A program made the position numbers and the translations under genes. A stretch of DNA of 64,000 bases from Pelomyxa schiedti. Taxonomy: Eukaryota; Protista; Evosea. The stretch lies in contig JAHLWZ010000829.1 of NCBI GenBank assembly GCA_020536535.1, forward strand, positions 32,242 to 96,241. The letters are read 5' to 3'. The notes below the pieces were generated by a model, which was not told the DNA's origin, made no database searches, and saw only the letters and a list, made by a program, of their open reading frames with translations. Below are positions 38,938-51,049 of the stretch, in pieces. How positions within the stretch are numbered: position 1 is the first letter of the stretch; every line of letters starts with the position of its first letter.

Positions 38938-41900
38938 ATGGCAAGCACAACTCAGGCCGCAACATTCTCGTTCGTGCAGGAGACTTTACTGTTTTATTTA
39001 AGTACTTCTCTCACTTTTTTTTTGATTGCTCTAAAGCAAACAAAAACAAGATGGCAAGAGGGTAGAACTGTTAGCAAGCGAAATAGACCCAAATCAGACT
39101 CTCGCCGAGTTTGTACGAGGTTTGTTGTTTTTTTTGGTTTTTTTTTTTGTTTTTTTTTACTTCGTTTTTATGAAATTTTGTGTAAACAAAAACAAATAGG
39201 TACCCAACCAGTGTTACTTTCACTTTTCCTGAACTTAGTGTTTCTACCCTTTTATAATTCAAGGGCGAGGACTCAGTGGTACTAAAATTGGGTGCTCTGA
39301 AGGTGGATGTGGCGCCTGTACTGTAATGATTTCTTCCTGGGTACCAGAGACCAACGCAGTAGAGTATGTATAACTAAAACAAACCACCCATGTCTCACTC
39401 CCCTCACTCGTCTGACACTATACTCCCCAGGCATCGTAGCGTGGCTGCCTGCCTGCTCCCTCTCGCATATGTCGACCACATGCTCGTTACCACAGTGGAG
39501 GGAATAGCACCGGCCATCGGAATGCACCCAATCCAGCAGCACATTGCGGCCAAGCATGGTACCCAGTGTGGGTACTGTACCCCAGGTGTCGTTATGAGCG
39601 TTTACAGCACTGCTATGAGAAATCCTAGCCTATCGATGAGTGATGTCGAACAGTGCCTCGACGGAAATCTATGTCGTTGCACTGGATACAGGTAGAAAAT
39701 ATGGCAATGTTTCTTTCCCACTAAGAAATTATGTTGAGGTCCATTCTTGAAGCGGCACGTTCAATTGCCGTAGATTACACTCCATCCAGCGACGGTAAAC
39801 TCTCCAAGGCTGCAGCTGTAACCCCTGTGTGTGCACGCACCTTTGTGCAAAATGCTGTCACTTTCCCCGATGAGCTGCGGCAACCCCTGCGCCCCTTGCG
39901 TCTCATTGGTAAGTCTGCGGCCTGGTATCGACCTGTTGCTTTATCGGAGCTTCTTGATTTGAAGTGCGCTGTACCCAATGCTGAGGTTGTTGCTGGAAAG
40001 CACTCTTTCCCAGAGCACGCACTAGAAAAACCACAAGTGATATCAGGAAATACAGAGATTGGGTACGTTTTTTTTCACACAATGTTTTGGAGAACTCAGA
40101 ATAGTGCAGGTACCAAGCACGTTACCATCCACGACCTCCTGGAAGTTACCAGTCGTTCGTTTCTACAACGGCAATCCCCGAGCTCAAGGCTGTGAAGTGG
40201 ACTGAGCAAGGAGTCTCTGTTGGTGCAGGAACAACCATCAATGGGCTTATTAAAACACTTAAGAACCCCAGTCCTTCCATAGGGACCCCAAATGTTCATC
40301 AGCAGGAAGGGTTCAGTGCAATTTGCCATTTACTGCAGTACTTTGCAAATAATCAAGTCAGGGACATGGGAACCATTGGAGGAAGTTTGGTAACCTGCGA
40401 CCCTCTGTCTGACCTCTATCCCGCTCTGATAGCTATGGTTAGCACTGCATATTTTTTTAATTCTCATTTTGTACATGTAGAACTCTGTGGTACGTCTGGC
40501 ATCAAAAGCAGGCCAAAGAGAACTGCTGTTGGACGACTTTGTTCTAGGCGAGAATAAAACTGCTCTAAAGCCTGATGAAGTTGTAATGTCTGTCTGTATG
40601 TACACTTGAATCCAATAGCCTCGTTTTTACCTGTTTTATCATAGTTATTCCCTTTTCCCAAGAGAACGAATTCGTTGAAACATTCAAGGAATCAAAGAGG
40701 CGTGTCGATGCTCAAGCCATGGTGAATGGTGGATTTAGAGCACGTTTGCAGCAGAGAGAAGGAAAGTGGTGCGTTGAGAAATGTGTTCTTGCTGTTGGTG
40801 CTCTGGGCTCAAGAGCAGGTTAGTCCCAGCTTCATTAGACTTATGCCCACCAAAACCCTCACCCAGGACTCAGAATGAAATCCACAGAATCTTTTCTTGA
40901 AGGAAAAGAAATATCCCTTGAAACTCTCTCCAGTACCAGTGCTGTAATGCAAGAAGAGCTCAAGGCCTCTGTTGTGCATTCTCGCGGAGCAGCTGCTTAC
41001 CGTGTCTCTGTGGCATGCTCAATGCTGTGCCGATTCTTTGCCTCCATTGCGGCAAAAAAAGGCATTACTGATGTGGCTGAAAGGTTACACTCGGCTTTAC
41101 CTGATTACTCACATCCGGTTCACACTGGAACCCAAGACTACGCCGATCCGTATGGGTGTTGTTTTTTTCCCACTCATCTCTTATTCTATGAGCTAGTTCA
41201 CCAGGAAGCAGTGTGGGCTCACCAGTGCCACACATGGCTGCTGAAAAACATGCCAAGGGCACTGCCGAGTTTGTTGCAGACATTCCAATTCCTCAGGGGT
41301 GCTTATATGCGGCCTACACTCTAAGCAAGAGAGCACATGCCCGAATCTTGAGAATCGACAAGTCAACTGCCCTTGCCGTTCCTGGCGTTGTTGCCGTTAT
41401 TGATGCTTCTGATATCCCTGGGATTAATTTACTTGGATCAATTGCCACGGACGAAGAAGTACTAGCAAGCAAGGAGGTTGTGTTTTACGCCCAACCAGTC
41501 GCTATCGTAGTTGCCGAGTCTCACCATGCTGCGCACACTGCAGCCCTTCAGGTTTTTTTTGTTTCCTCCATTCCGCTCTATTAAAAAGCTTACAGGTGAA
41601 CGTTACATATGAAGACTTAGCATCAATACAAACGATTGAAGAAGCTGTGGCATCAAACTCGTTTTTGTGTGAAGAAAAGCTACTAGAAAAGGGAAATGCT
41701 AATGATGTATTCAAGTCGTGGCCAGCGGACCAAATAGTGTCTGGAACCATACGCAGTGGAGGTCCTTCCACACTTTATCGCTACTACCTCCCACACCACT
41801 TTTAGGGCAAGAGCATTTCTACATCGAGCCACAGGCGGCGCTTGTTGTTCCATCTTCTGGGAATTATCTTGTACGAGTTACCTCCCAAAATCCAAGTAAG

Positions 41901-43779
41901 ATGCAGCGTGCAGTTGCAAGTGTTCTTGGAATTCCAGCGAACAGGGTGGAGAGTAGGATGGAGCGGATTGGGGGCGGGTTTGGTGGAAAGCAGGATAGAC
42001 CACAATTCCTTGCTGCTGCATGTGCGTTAGCCTCACATATCACCGAAAGACCTGTGAAGATGGTCCTTGAAAGAGATCAGGACATGCAAATAACAGGACA
42101 AAGACATGAATTCAAAACGTGTGCCATTTCCTTATTTCACTGAAAACTGTATCTGAAACAGTTAACATGTAGGGACTACAAAGTAGCTTACTCTCGTGAT
42201 GGAACCATAGAAGCAGTTTCTCTGGAGATGTACTCCAATGGCGGTTGCAGTTTGGATCTCAGCCCTGCTGTGATGGAAGTGGCCATGTTTGCATTTGATT
42301 GCTGTTACCGGTTCCCAGCAATCAGGATAACAGGGAAATGCTGCCGTACCCACCGCGTTTCCTGCACAGCCTATCGTGGCTTTGGGAAGCCACAGGCGAT
42401 GGTTGTGACAGAGGGAGTTATTGACCGTGTTGCACGTGCCTGTGGCATAGCTGTGCAAAATGTGAGGGACGCAAACGTTCTGAGGATGGGGGACAAGCTC
42501 ACAGATGGCACGCCAGTTGAGGAGCAGTTCTTTGCATGCTGGGAACCTTTGTGTGTTTTCTTACAACTTTTGGCACGTTGATCTTACCTATGCGCACTTT
42601 AGACGACAGAAGTTCGCCCAAAAGCAGAAGGAAGTCCTTCAGTTCAACAGGTTTTCCCTTTCATCTCTGCTGTAATCTCATCTCGATCAGTGAAAACATC
42701 TACCGAAAGAGGGGCGTTTCTCTTGTTCCGTCAAGAAACAACATCGGATTTGAAGCAGACTGTCTTAACCAAGGAGGCTGTATTGTCAACGTCTACTTGG
42801 ATGGCACTGTGTTCGTCTCGCATGGTGGGTCTGAAATGGGTCAAGGCCTCAGCACAAAGGTTGCACAGGTGACTGCCGACGCATTGCACATTCCGCTGTC
42901 GCTGGTGTTTGTTGGAGCCACAGCCACTGACCGCGTTCCCAACACCACTGCCACTGCAGCCTCAACGGGAACCGATCTGAATGCTGGAGCTGCACTCGAT
43001 GCTGCCACCAAGCTCAGGGCGCGGCTCGATGCCGTGGCAGATGAAGCCGGAATCGACCGTGCGGATTGGAACAAGGTTGTATCAGAGGCATATGGCAGGC
43101 GTGTGTGGCTATCTGAAATTGGACACACTGTGTTTGAGAAGTTTGCCTACGACTGGCACACCAAGGTGGGGCGCAGCACTCTTTATCACATTTGGGGTGC
43201 TGCCCTTGCAGTTGTGGAGTTGGATGTTCTCACTGGTCACAGCAGGACTTTGAGCGTTGATGTAATTCAAGACCTAGGAAGGTACACTGTATTCCATCCA
43301 CGAACTTAGGTCTCATCCATTCTCAATTTTAAACAGGTCCGTAAACCCAGCCATTGATGTTGGGCAAGTTGAGGGAGGAATTATGCAAGGGATAGGCCTG
43401 TACACCTTGGAGGAGTTTTCTTGGGCAAAGGATGGACACCTCCGCACACGAAACGTTTCGACTTATAAGATTCCAACTCACGATGACACCCCAACTGAGA
43501 TGAACGTGTCACTACTCAAGTCCTCCAGGTCAGCACTCGGCGTTCATGGACAGAAAAGCCCCAGCGAGGTAAATTCTACTTCTTTCACACAATCACAACC
43601 CAATAAGCACGTCTGCTCACTGTTTTTCCCTTCAGGTTGGGGTGCAACTATCTGCTTGTGTGCTCTCAGCTATAAAGGATGCGGTTTATGCCTCATGCCC
43701 TAGCAACACCACTCACATTCAAATTGACACTCCAGCGACGTGTGAGAAGATTCGTGCAGCGTGCCCCAGTCATTTTTAA
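38938..43779 (+). CDS. Xanthine dehydrogenase / aldehyde oxidase family molybdo-flavoenzyme
   Basis: 2Fe-2S motifs [20 protein letters not shown] and [13 protein letters not shown] region GNTEIG and TIGGSL. Moco region [36 protein letters not shown], and KSPSE with the catalytic Glu retained. Confidence 0.95.
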
Positions 43780-44556
43780 ACTTGTAGTTTCTGGGAAAAA
43801 GTACTTTTTCGGTTCTAGTAATTACGAGAGCACAACCTCACCTTGAAGAAGTACAATTTTGAACAATGAAGCTAAATCCAAACTCTCGTACTAGATGGTT
43901 TGTTGTTGCCAACCTCCTAGACCACTGGCAATGCACCAAAGCACCAGTGAGTTCCGTTACTTGGTTTGTTGTCTTGAGTGTCTAACACAGAAAGATCACC
44001 TGGTTGCCTGGCATGCCACACCTCTGGTCGTTGAAAACTTTTGTTGCCGAAAATGATTCGTCACCAAAATGATTGTACGCCTTGGTGGCCGATTAGAAAT
44101 TTGTAATAGAAATAAAATTTCTTTTTCTATGGTTAGGTATTGGTGGCAGAAAGCCGTGGTGGTTGTTTGGATTTTGGCCTGGGTTGGTAAACCCAGTGCC
44201 CCATGGACTTCCCCCAGACTCTTCACAGCAAGATGCCCCCAGTCAGCACTGGTGTTGGAGGCCTTACTGCCATCAGTACTGCTAAGAGCTTGGGTGCAAT
44301 CGTCTAAGCCTTTGATATCCACTCTTGACTTCAAACTTCAAACTAATGAAGGATGATGCTTTTGCTTAGAGCCCCATTGAAGTCTCACTGGTAAACAATT
44401 ACTTAATGCTTCTGGAAAGAGGCCTATTTGATGAGTGGCTTCAAAGTGAAAATATATTTGAACAATGGCAACCAACAGTTTGTCAATGACTTCAACTTTG
44501 TTAACATTACAAAAACCCTTGTTCAGACTCTAACTTGGAAAATACCATGTGCAAAT

Positions 44557-44704
44557 AAGCAACTCACAATAACCACTTTGAACTTAGGGTGTTACTCCCA
44601 CCCTGTTCTCTGAAATCATCTCCCCCTACCTCATATCAACTGACTTCTGAGAACAGGGTGGGAGTAACACCCTGTAAGTTCAGGATGGTTATTGTGAGTT
44701 GCTT
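44557..44704. repeat. Long imperfect inverted repeat (foldback, ~60-bp stem, 22-nt loop)
   Basis: Perfect 25-bp core: 44586-44610 agggtgttactcccaccctgttctc pairs with 44649-44673. Pairing extends outward (agcaactcacaataacca..gaactt) and inward with few mismatches. Confidence 0.9.
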
Positions 44705-44869
44705 CACTTAGTCTAGTTTGACCTAGTTTTTCCTTTTTTGTGAACATACACAATGTAGAGCCAGAGTCAGAGTAGCTTTCAAATGCTAGGCATTCCTTGT
44801 TGTTTGCCAGCAAAATGGTGGTGTGTGTGGAACACAGACCTCAAGATGCCTTCCCTTTGCCTTAAGTGA

Positions 44870-47220
44870 ATATTACCCACAGAGGCTCCTTTTGCAAAGT
44901 TCTCCTGAATCTCTTTCCACATAGAGCTCACAGAGGAATCTAAGGCAAAGTCAGCATTTCAAACCAGAAGTGGCTTGTACCAGTTCAAGGTGATGCCTTA
45001 TGACCTTGTGAATGCAGGAGCTACTTTTCAGAGGCTCACTAGCAAAGCTAAGTCCAGCACATTGTCTTGTATAGGTGGACGATGTCATTATCTTCTCAAG
45101 GGAATTTGGATACACACTTGGAGTGGGTGCAGAAAGTCTTTGATTGCCTGAGAAAAGCGGGATTCCAGGTGAATGTAGGCAAGTGTCAACTCACCAGGCA
45201 CCAGCTGAAGTACTTGGGACATCTTCTCAGCAGAGAGGGAATCCTACCAGATCTGGCTAAGGTGAAAGCAGTTCAAGCCATCTTGCCACCAAAGAACCTA
45301 GAGGAAGTGAGGAGTTTCAGTGGATTGGTAAGCTATTACCACAGGTTCATCAAGCACTTTGCAGAGATAGCAGCACCTTTGGAAGAACTCAAGAAGAAAG
45401 GATAAGAATTCCACTGGGGAATGCTAGAGCAAGGTGCATTCCAGAGACTGAAGAACGAGTTGATGAAGTCTCCAGTCCTCATTATCCCAATTGGGAGAAG
45501 GAGTTTTTTGTGGAGACTGACACCTCAGAGCAAAGTATAGCAGCAACCTTAACACAGAAGGATGCTTCTGGGAAGTCAGTGCACTCATTGTATTGTTGAT
45601 GTCCATCTCAACCCAATGTAGATTCTGGTCCCATGTGTGAGGGTCTGCCTGGCAGAACTTCTCAATGCTATAGCATCAATGGGCAAGATGCCCTATCATT
45701 GATCATCAATGGACATCAACAATACGATGAGTGCATTTACTGGGAAGACTCCTTTCTCCATTGATCATGGAAGAGACCCAGTGGTACCATTTGATCTTGC
45801 AACAGGAGTTACTCCTTTGCCAGAACCACAGTCTGACTACATGATGATGCTAATAGAGCAAAGGAAGAATGTGGCTGAAGCTGTCAAGGCCAGGCAAAAA
45901 CTCTCTATGAAACAAAGGTTAGCCAAGAAGAAGGCAGAGATGGAAGTGGGTACTCAGGTATGGATGAAACAGCCTCCTGGGAAGAGGGCCAAAGTGGCTA
46001 GGTCCATACAGAGTGCAAGCAAAGCCTAAGAGTTGATGAGGACACTGGATTTTGGCAGATCAGCAATTTTCCCTACAGTGCATGTGGACAGGTTGAACCA
46101 GTTAAGGAGAGTGACCTCAGGAGGCAGCAGGGAAGGGAACCTCCAATAGCAGCAGTGCAGGAAAGGATCATCAGGGAGAGGATAAGAGGTCCATTTGTGC
46201 ACTACAAGGTGAAAATGGTGGGTCACACCAGAGGATGACAAGGGATAATGTGTTACTTAGCCTCATAGAAGAGTGGGAGAGACAGAAGGCTGAGGAGGCA
46301 CAGAAGCAACAGAAACAACCTGCTGAGTCAAACACAGTGTGTAATCAACCAGCAAAGAAGAGGGGTAGACCAAGGAAGGAGTCTCAGCAACCTAAGGCAA
46401 TTGAGGTGAGGCAGGAGATTCAACCACCAATTGTGGAGGATACTCACCAAGACTCTAGTCACACTGAGGTAGCACAGCAACATCTGACTAGTGTGCCTAC
46501 AGCACCTACCTCAAGTTGGAATCCATCAGCATTCATGGATGAACCAATTCCAGCACAGCCATTACCAGTTCTACTCAGAGTTGATGAAGCTGGGAGGAGA
46601 ATTGAGTCAGAAGTTCAATCTAGGCCTGTGAGTAAGCCAGTTGAGAAGCAAGCCAACTTACCATCAGAGAGACCCAAGCTCAGTAACCCTACAATGCTGA
46701 GCATGCCTGAACCAATTCCACCCAAGGAGAGTCAAAGGATCAAAGGGGATGAGCTAGAAGCTAAACAAGTTACTCCACAGAAAAATAGGCCAATGGAGCA
46801 TACCCAGTGTTCTCTGAGGAGAAGGAGGAACGTAGATTATTAGCGCTATGAATGAGGGAAACGTGGTGGAAAGACAGAGGGAGCAACCTCAAAGCAACGC
46901 CACGTCGAGCCAGGCACAACCACCCTCATTGTTGCTGGTGCAATGACTTCACCAGTGAGGACCAAGGCGAAGGTGTAGTGGGGAACCAAGAGGCGATGCT
47001 AAATCGCAACACCAGGAGGTGTTGCCGAAATTGTGGCGGGGGTGTTGTGGCGAGGTGACTTCGCGTCGCTGTAGTTCTAAGTACGGTTCTGCTTAATCAC
47101 TGATGGATCTCTGGGAAAACTAATCTGTTGGGAGCCTGAGGGAGATTCAGGCGACACCTAGAACTGACTCTGGTGCCTTTATAAGGCGGGAACGGCACCA
47201 TTGTGCCTCAAGCAAAAAGC
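44870..47220 (+). mobile_element. Decayed Ty3/gypsy (chromovirus-like) LTR retrotransposon: RT-RNaseH-partial integrase-chromo remnant; no gag or 5' LTR seen
   Basis: SAFQTRSGLYQFKVMP..AGATFQR, *VDDVIIFS (YVDD broken by TAG at 45072), KCQL..LKYLGH, EVRSFSGLVSYYHRFIKHFAEIAAPL, F.VETDTS, TGKTPF. HYKVK.VG chromo-like remnant. Stops and frameshifts throughout. Possible 3' LTR starting TGT at ~47046. Confidence 0.9.
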
Positions 47221-47437
47221 GAAAGAAATCAACCAGAAACTCTTGCGTTTGTATTCGGGCTTCTTTCTACTACACAAGTAAAACAACAACCATCAACACC
47301 CCAGCACACCCCACAGTGTGGTGCTATTGATTGGACGTCCCAGCCGTCGTTGGTGAAATTATCCGCGGGGCCAGAGACGAGGGCACGGAGACCGGACGTG
47401 GTTCTGTTCACACTGAAAAAAAAAAAAGACCGGGTGC

Positions 47438-50400
47438 ATGCCCAAGCACACGTCCGCGTGCCCCCGCGTGCCCTCAGCATCGCCCCCATCGCCGTCGCCG
47501 CGGGTGAGGGCGGACGCCCCGCCGCGCTCTGCTGGGGCTCCGTCATCGCCGAATGCAGTCTCCCCCAACCGCGGAAGGAAGAGAAGGAGAGCGAAACCTC
47601 CTGCGACCACGACTACCTCTGGTTCCACGTCGTCTGGAAACAATAAAACAGTCTCCTCACAAACACATGCTACCCCGCCTCCAAAGTCCGGGAGTGCTGA
47701 GGCATTAGAGGCTTCCGACACAAACATCGAGTCCTACTTTCGAAAGTTGGAACTGAACTCTCCATCTTCCATCCTTAGAAACACTACCGCTCTTGTTGAC
47801 AACAATAAATTGAATTCAGCAGTGGCTAGTACTTGCGCTGATAGCAACACACATTCGACTCTCACTTCAAGTGATGGAGGTGCCAGTGCCAGAGTTGTTG
47901 GCGGAGTCCCACATCCAGGCAACAGTGGTGACTCTGCTATTGCCACATGTTGCCTCTCTCTAGTGGCAGTGGCACAAAGTGCTGTTGCTTGCGATACCAC
48001 ACCCACTACGTCATTGACAAACCTCCCTTCCGAAAAACTTTCATCTCCTTACACCACTTGTTCCACAGGCACTCAAAGACGAGAGCTGGCGACGTTCATG
48101 CGAGAGCACCCCGAACTTTTCCGTGACTTTGATTTGGAGGGGGCACTTCCCGGCACAATCGCCATGTGGGCTTTGAGTGTCCAACGTAGGAATGGTCTTG
48201 CCGGTGAGGCAGCCAAACGTCTTGCGGAACAATTAAACGGACACTCCAAAGTTGCAACCACAATAGCCTTCATTCTAGACCACCCCCTACTATTCAGTGA
48301 TACAATTTTACAAGCCCCTCCAGAAATCCTTCTCGGGGATGCCGAGAAGAAGGAAAAAGAGGCTCGGGGCAGTGTAGAAGTATTCGCAGAGGCCTCTAAA
48401 CGTGTAATGGATATGAATACCAAATCTCCAAAAATTGAGGCCACAATTAGTTTCATGGCAAATCACCTGGAATTATTCAATGACGCTCTTCTAAAAGCAC
48501 TCCCAGAAGTTCTTCTAATGGAAGCAGAAAAGAAACTCATGGAGGTTGAAAAGAACCACAGAAGCTCATTGCCCTTGTGTGTAGTTTAGAGAAACTCACA
48601 AGAGTCCACTCATGAAAATACAGGTTTGCAATGCAGCCGATACTCTCGAACAATCCTGTGAACCCCAGCAGCAGGAGCCCCATAAATTTCACCTAGATAT
48701 TTCCTCTCCAGAGGGAATGTTCTCTTCAATTGAGGAACTGGCTAAAAATATCGGCTTGAGAATTGCAACTCACACCAACAAGCTTGTGGATCCAGTTGTT
48801 TTTTCAGACTTGAAGGACAGAGAAGATATTCTGTACACTGTTGAGGCACACCTGCACGAACGTTTCGAGGATGTCAAAACTGATCCCCGGACACTCAACC
48901 CCTTGATTTTTCTTAGTGGGGCTCCTGGAAGTGGGAAGGTTGACAACCCGCTTTTCTCTCTTTTTTCAACTCACGTTTAAGAAAATGAGACAGTCGAGAG
49001 CGCTCGACGAGCTTGTGAAGAGATTTGAAAATAGTACACCAACCTCCAACATGTCAGACTGCTGTTGTGTTACTGTAACATGGAATGGTGTGACGCCTTA
49101 CAATGCCAGTATTGATGAATGTGGAAAGGGTTTGCCTGGCCTTTTCTTACGAATATTGCACTCGTAGGTTTTTTCCTTTTTCTTCCCATCTGACTGCTTT
49201 CAGCCATTGGTTTGTGATGTCACACGAGTGGAATATATCCCAGTATATTCAAAACTGGGGGACAGTTGCTCAAGCCGTGGAAAGAGACCCTGTTACCATT
49301 CTGAAGAAACTGTTTGGAGCCATCAAGATTCACAGCAAAAAGAGTCACATCTTGCTGTGTGTTGATGAAATACTTAAAGCTGATGAGACCCCTGTAGCAC
49401 CCCTTCACTCAGAAGCCATCTGCCACACACTGGGAGGTGTAATGGATGTCGGTGGGGTCACTATTGAAAAACTAGCCGCCAGTAAAAAAACCTCTGCGAG
49501 TGAAATGTGCCCTTCAAACAGTAAAACACATACTGCAAGTGTCATAATGGTGGTTATCTCATGCCTGAACAAAGGCTGGGTGCTGAAACAAGAATCGCAG
49601 TCGGGCAGGAGGATAGTGTTATTGCTTCTTGACCCCATCTCCTTTGACTCGTCCCTGGAGCTTTTCAATAACCACTTCCAATCCTATGGGAAAGATGCTG
49701 AACATGGCTTACGAAAAGTCATATCTGACACTGGTGGCCTGCCATGCCTTTTGGTGGGTCTCAATCATTGGTTGAATGACCAAAAAGAAAGAGAAAGTGC
49801 ATTGAGCCTTCTCAATAACCACACATACTCACTTAGTGCCATTAGACGAAGGACCCGGTCTGGATTATACCAAGACACAATACTATATGACAGTATTGTT
49901 GGTGCAATTGTGTGTGCACAAAAACTGAACACTGATTCTCTTATTGGTGGTCAAAAATTCTGTGATCTGGTCTCTGCTGGATACCTTTTCTCCAGGGGTT
50001 CCATCCCTTGCATCAGTATTATGAACTTGCTTCAGTTTGCTACTCAGGGATCAACAAGCATTGCAAATTCTACTTTTGAGGAAATTCCTGGACTCCTTCG
50101 CATGGCAGAAGGGAGCCGAAAAACAATTCAATGTATAAGAATTTTGCTAAAGTTCATGCTGAACCCTACAGCAATTTGGTCTTCTGGAACACCCCTTGAG
50201 GACTTTGTATCATTGCACCCAATTCTTTTGACTCTTTGTGCTGCTGAGACAGGTGATAGAGAATTTAGTATCAACCAAATGTTTGGAATCCCTCGTTTCC
50301 AAACCGTAACTCAAGATTCAACGGTCATTTTCCCAAGAGAACCGACTTTTTACTGTTGGAATGTACAAGCAAGAGATGGAAAAACTCACGACTTTGCCTG

Positions 50401-50865
50401 GTGGGTGAAAAAATGTGGAAGTCCCAGTCATCCAAATCTTCAAGTTGGTTCCATAGTCCGATGCTGCCATACAAACCCTGGGTTTGTTTTCAAATCCTTC
50501 AGCTTTTCACTCTTACAACAACAAGATTCGAGGTTGCATTCCTACTGCAGTCCGCTGATGGCGCAAGCAAATATATCATATGTGTCGAATGCAAGTACTC
50601 TGAGTTGACCAGCAAAGCAGTTCTTACATCAAAGATGGTCCAGAAAAAGTGGAACTCCACGCAGTCTCAAATGCAAGGCCTTATGAAAAATACCCACTGG
50701 AAGGGTGCCACAGTGGTTCTGATAATAGTAACACTCAGGAAGCTGCCTGCAGGCTTTGATTTCGGAAACACACAACAAAACAACAGCAGGAACATTCTCA
50801 TTCTTGACAGAACCAATTTCACCCAGTATCTGGGACCTACCATTGGAAGCCTTTTCAATGTCTAA
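47438..50865 (+). CDS. Crinkler/RHS-type protein: SAM-like repeats + P-loop NTPase + C-terminal PD-(D/E)xK REase-like domain
   Basis: Three ~55-aa repeats (ATFMREHPELF.D). Walker A spliced as LSGAPGSGK|S, Walker B LLCVDEI, DTGGLP motif, and NPG|FEVAFL..ICVECKYS. The link between 48580 and 48624 is an inferred 43-nt intron. Confidence 0.7.
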
Positions 50866-51049
50866 GGGAAAACAATCTAATGTTTTGCAAACCACTTTTT
50901 CGAAATTGTTGGAGAAGAACAACAATTGTGGCTGGGCCGTTTGGGGCTGCTAATTCTTTCTTTTTTTTTACAAAACTGAACAAGTATGTGGGTGTGGCAA
51001 TTGGTGGGATTTGGTATCACCAAGTAACACAAACACCCATATATAGCAT

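Noticed and set aside
43996-44356. Overlapping ORFs between XDH and the foldback
   Set aside because: No recognisable gag, protease or other motifs, and no splice support.
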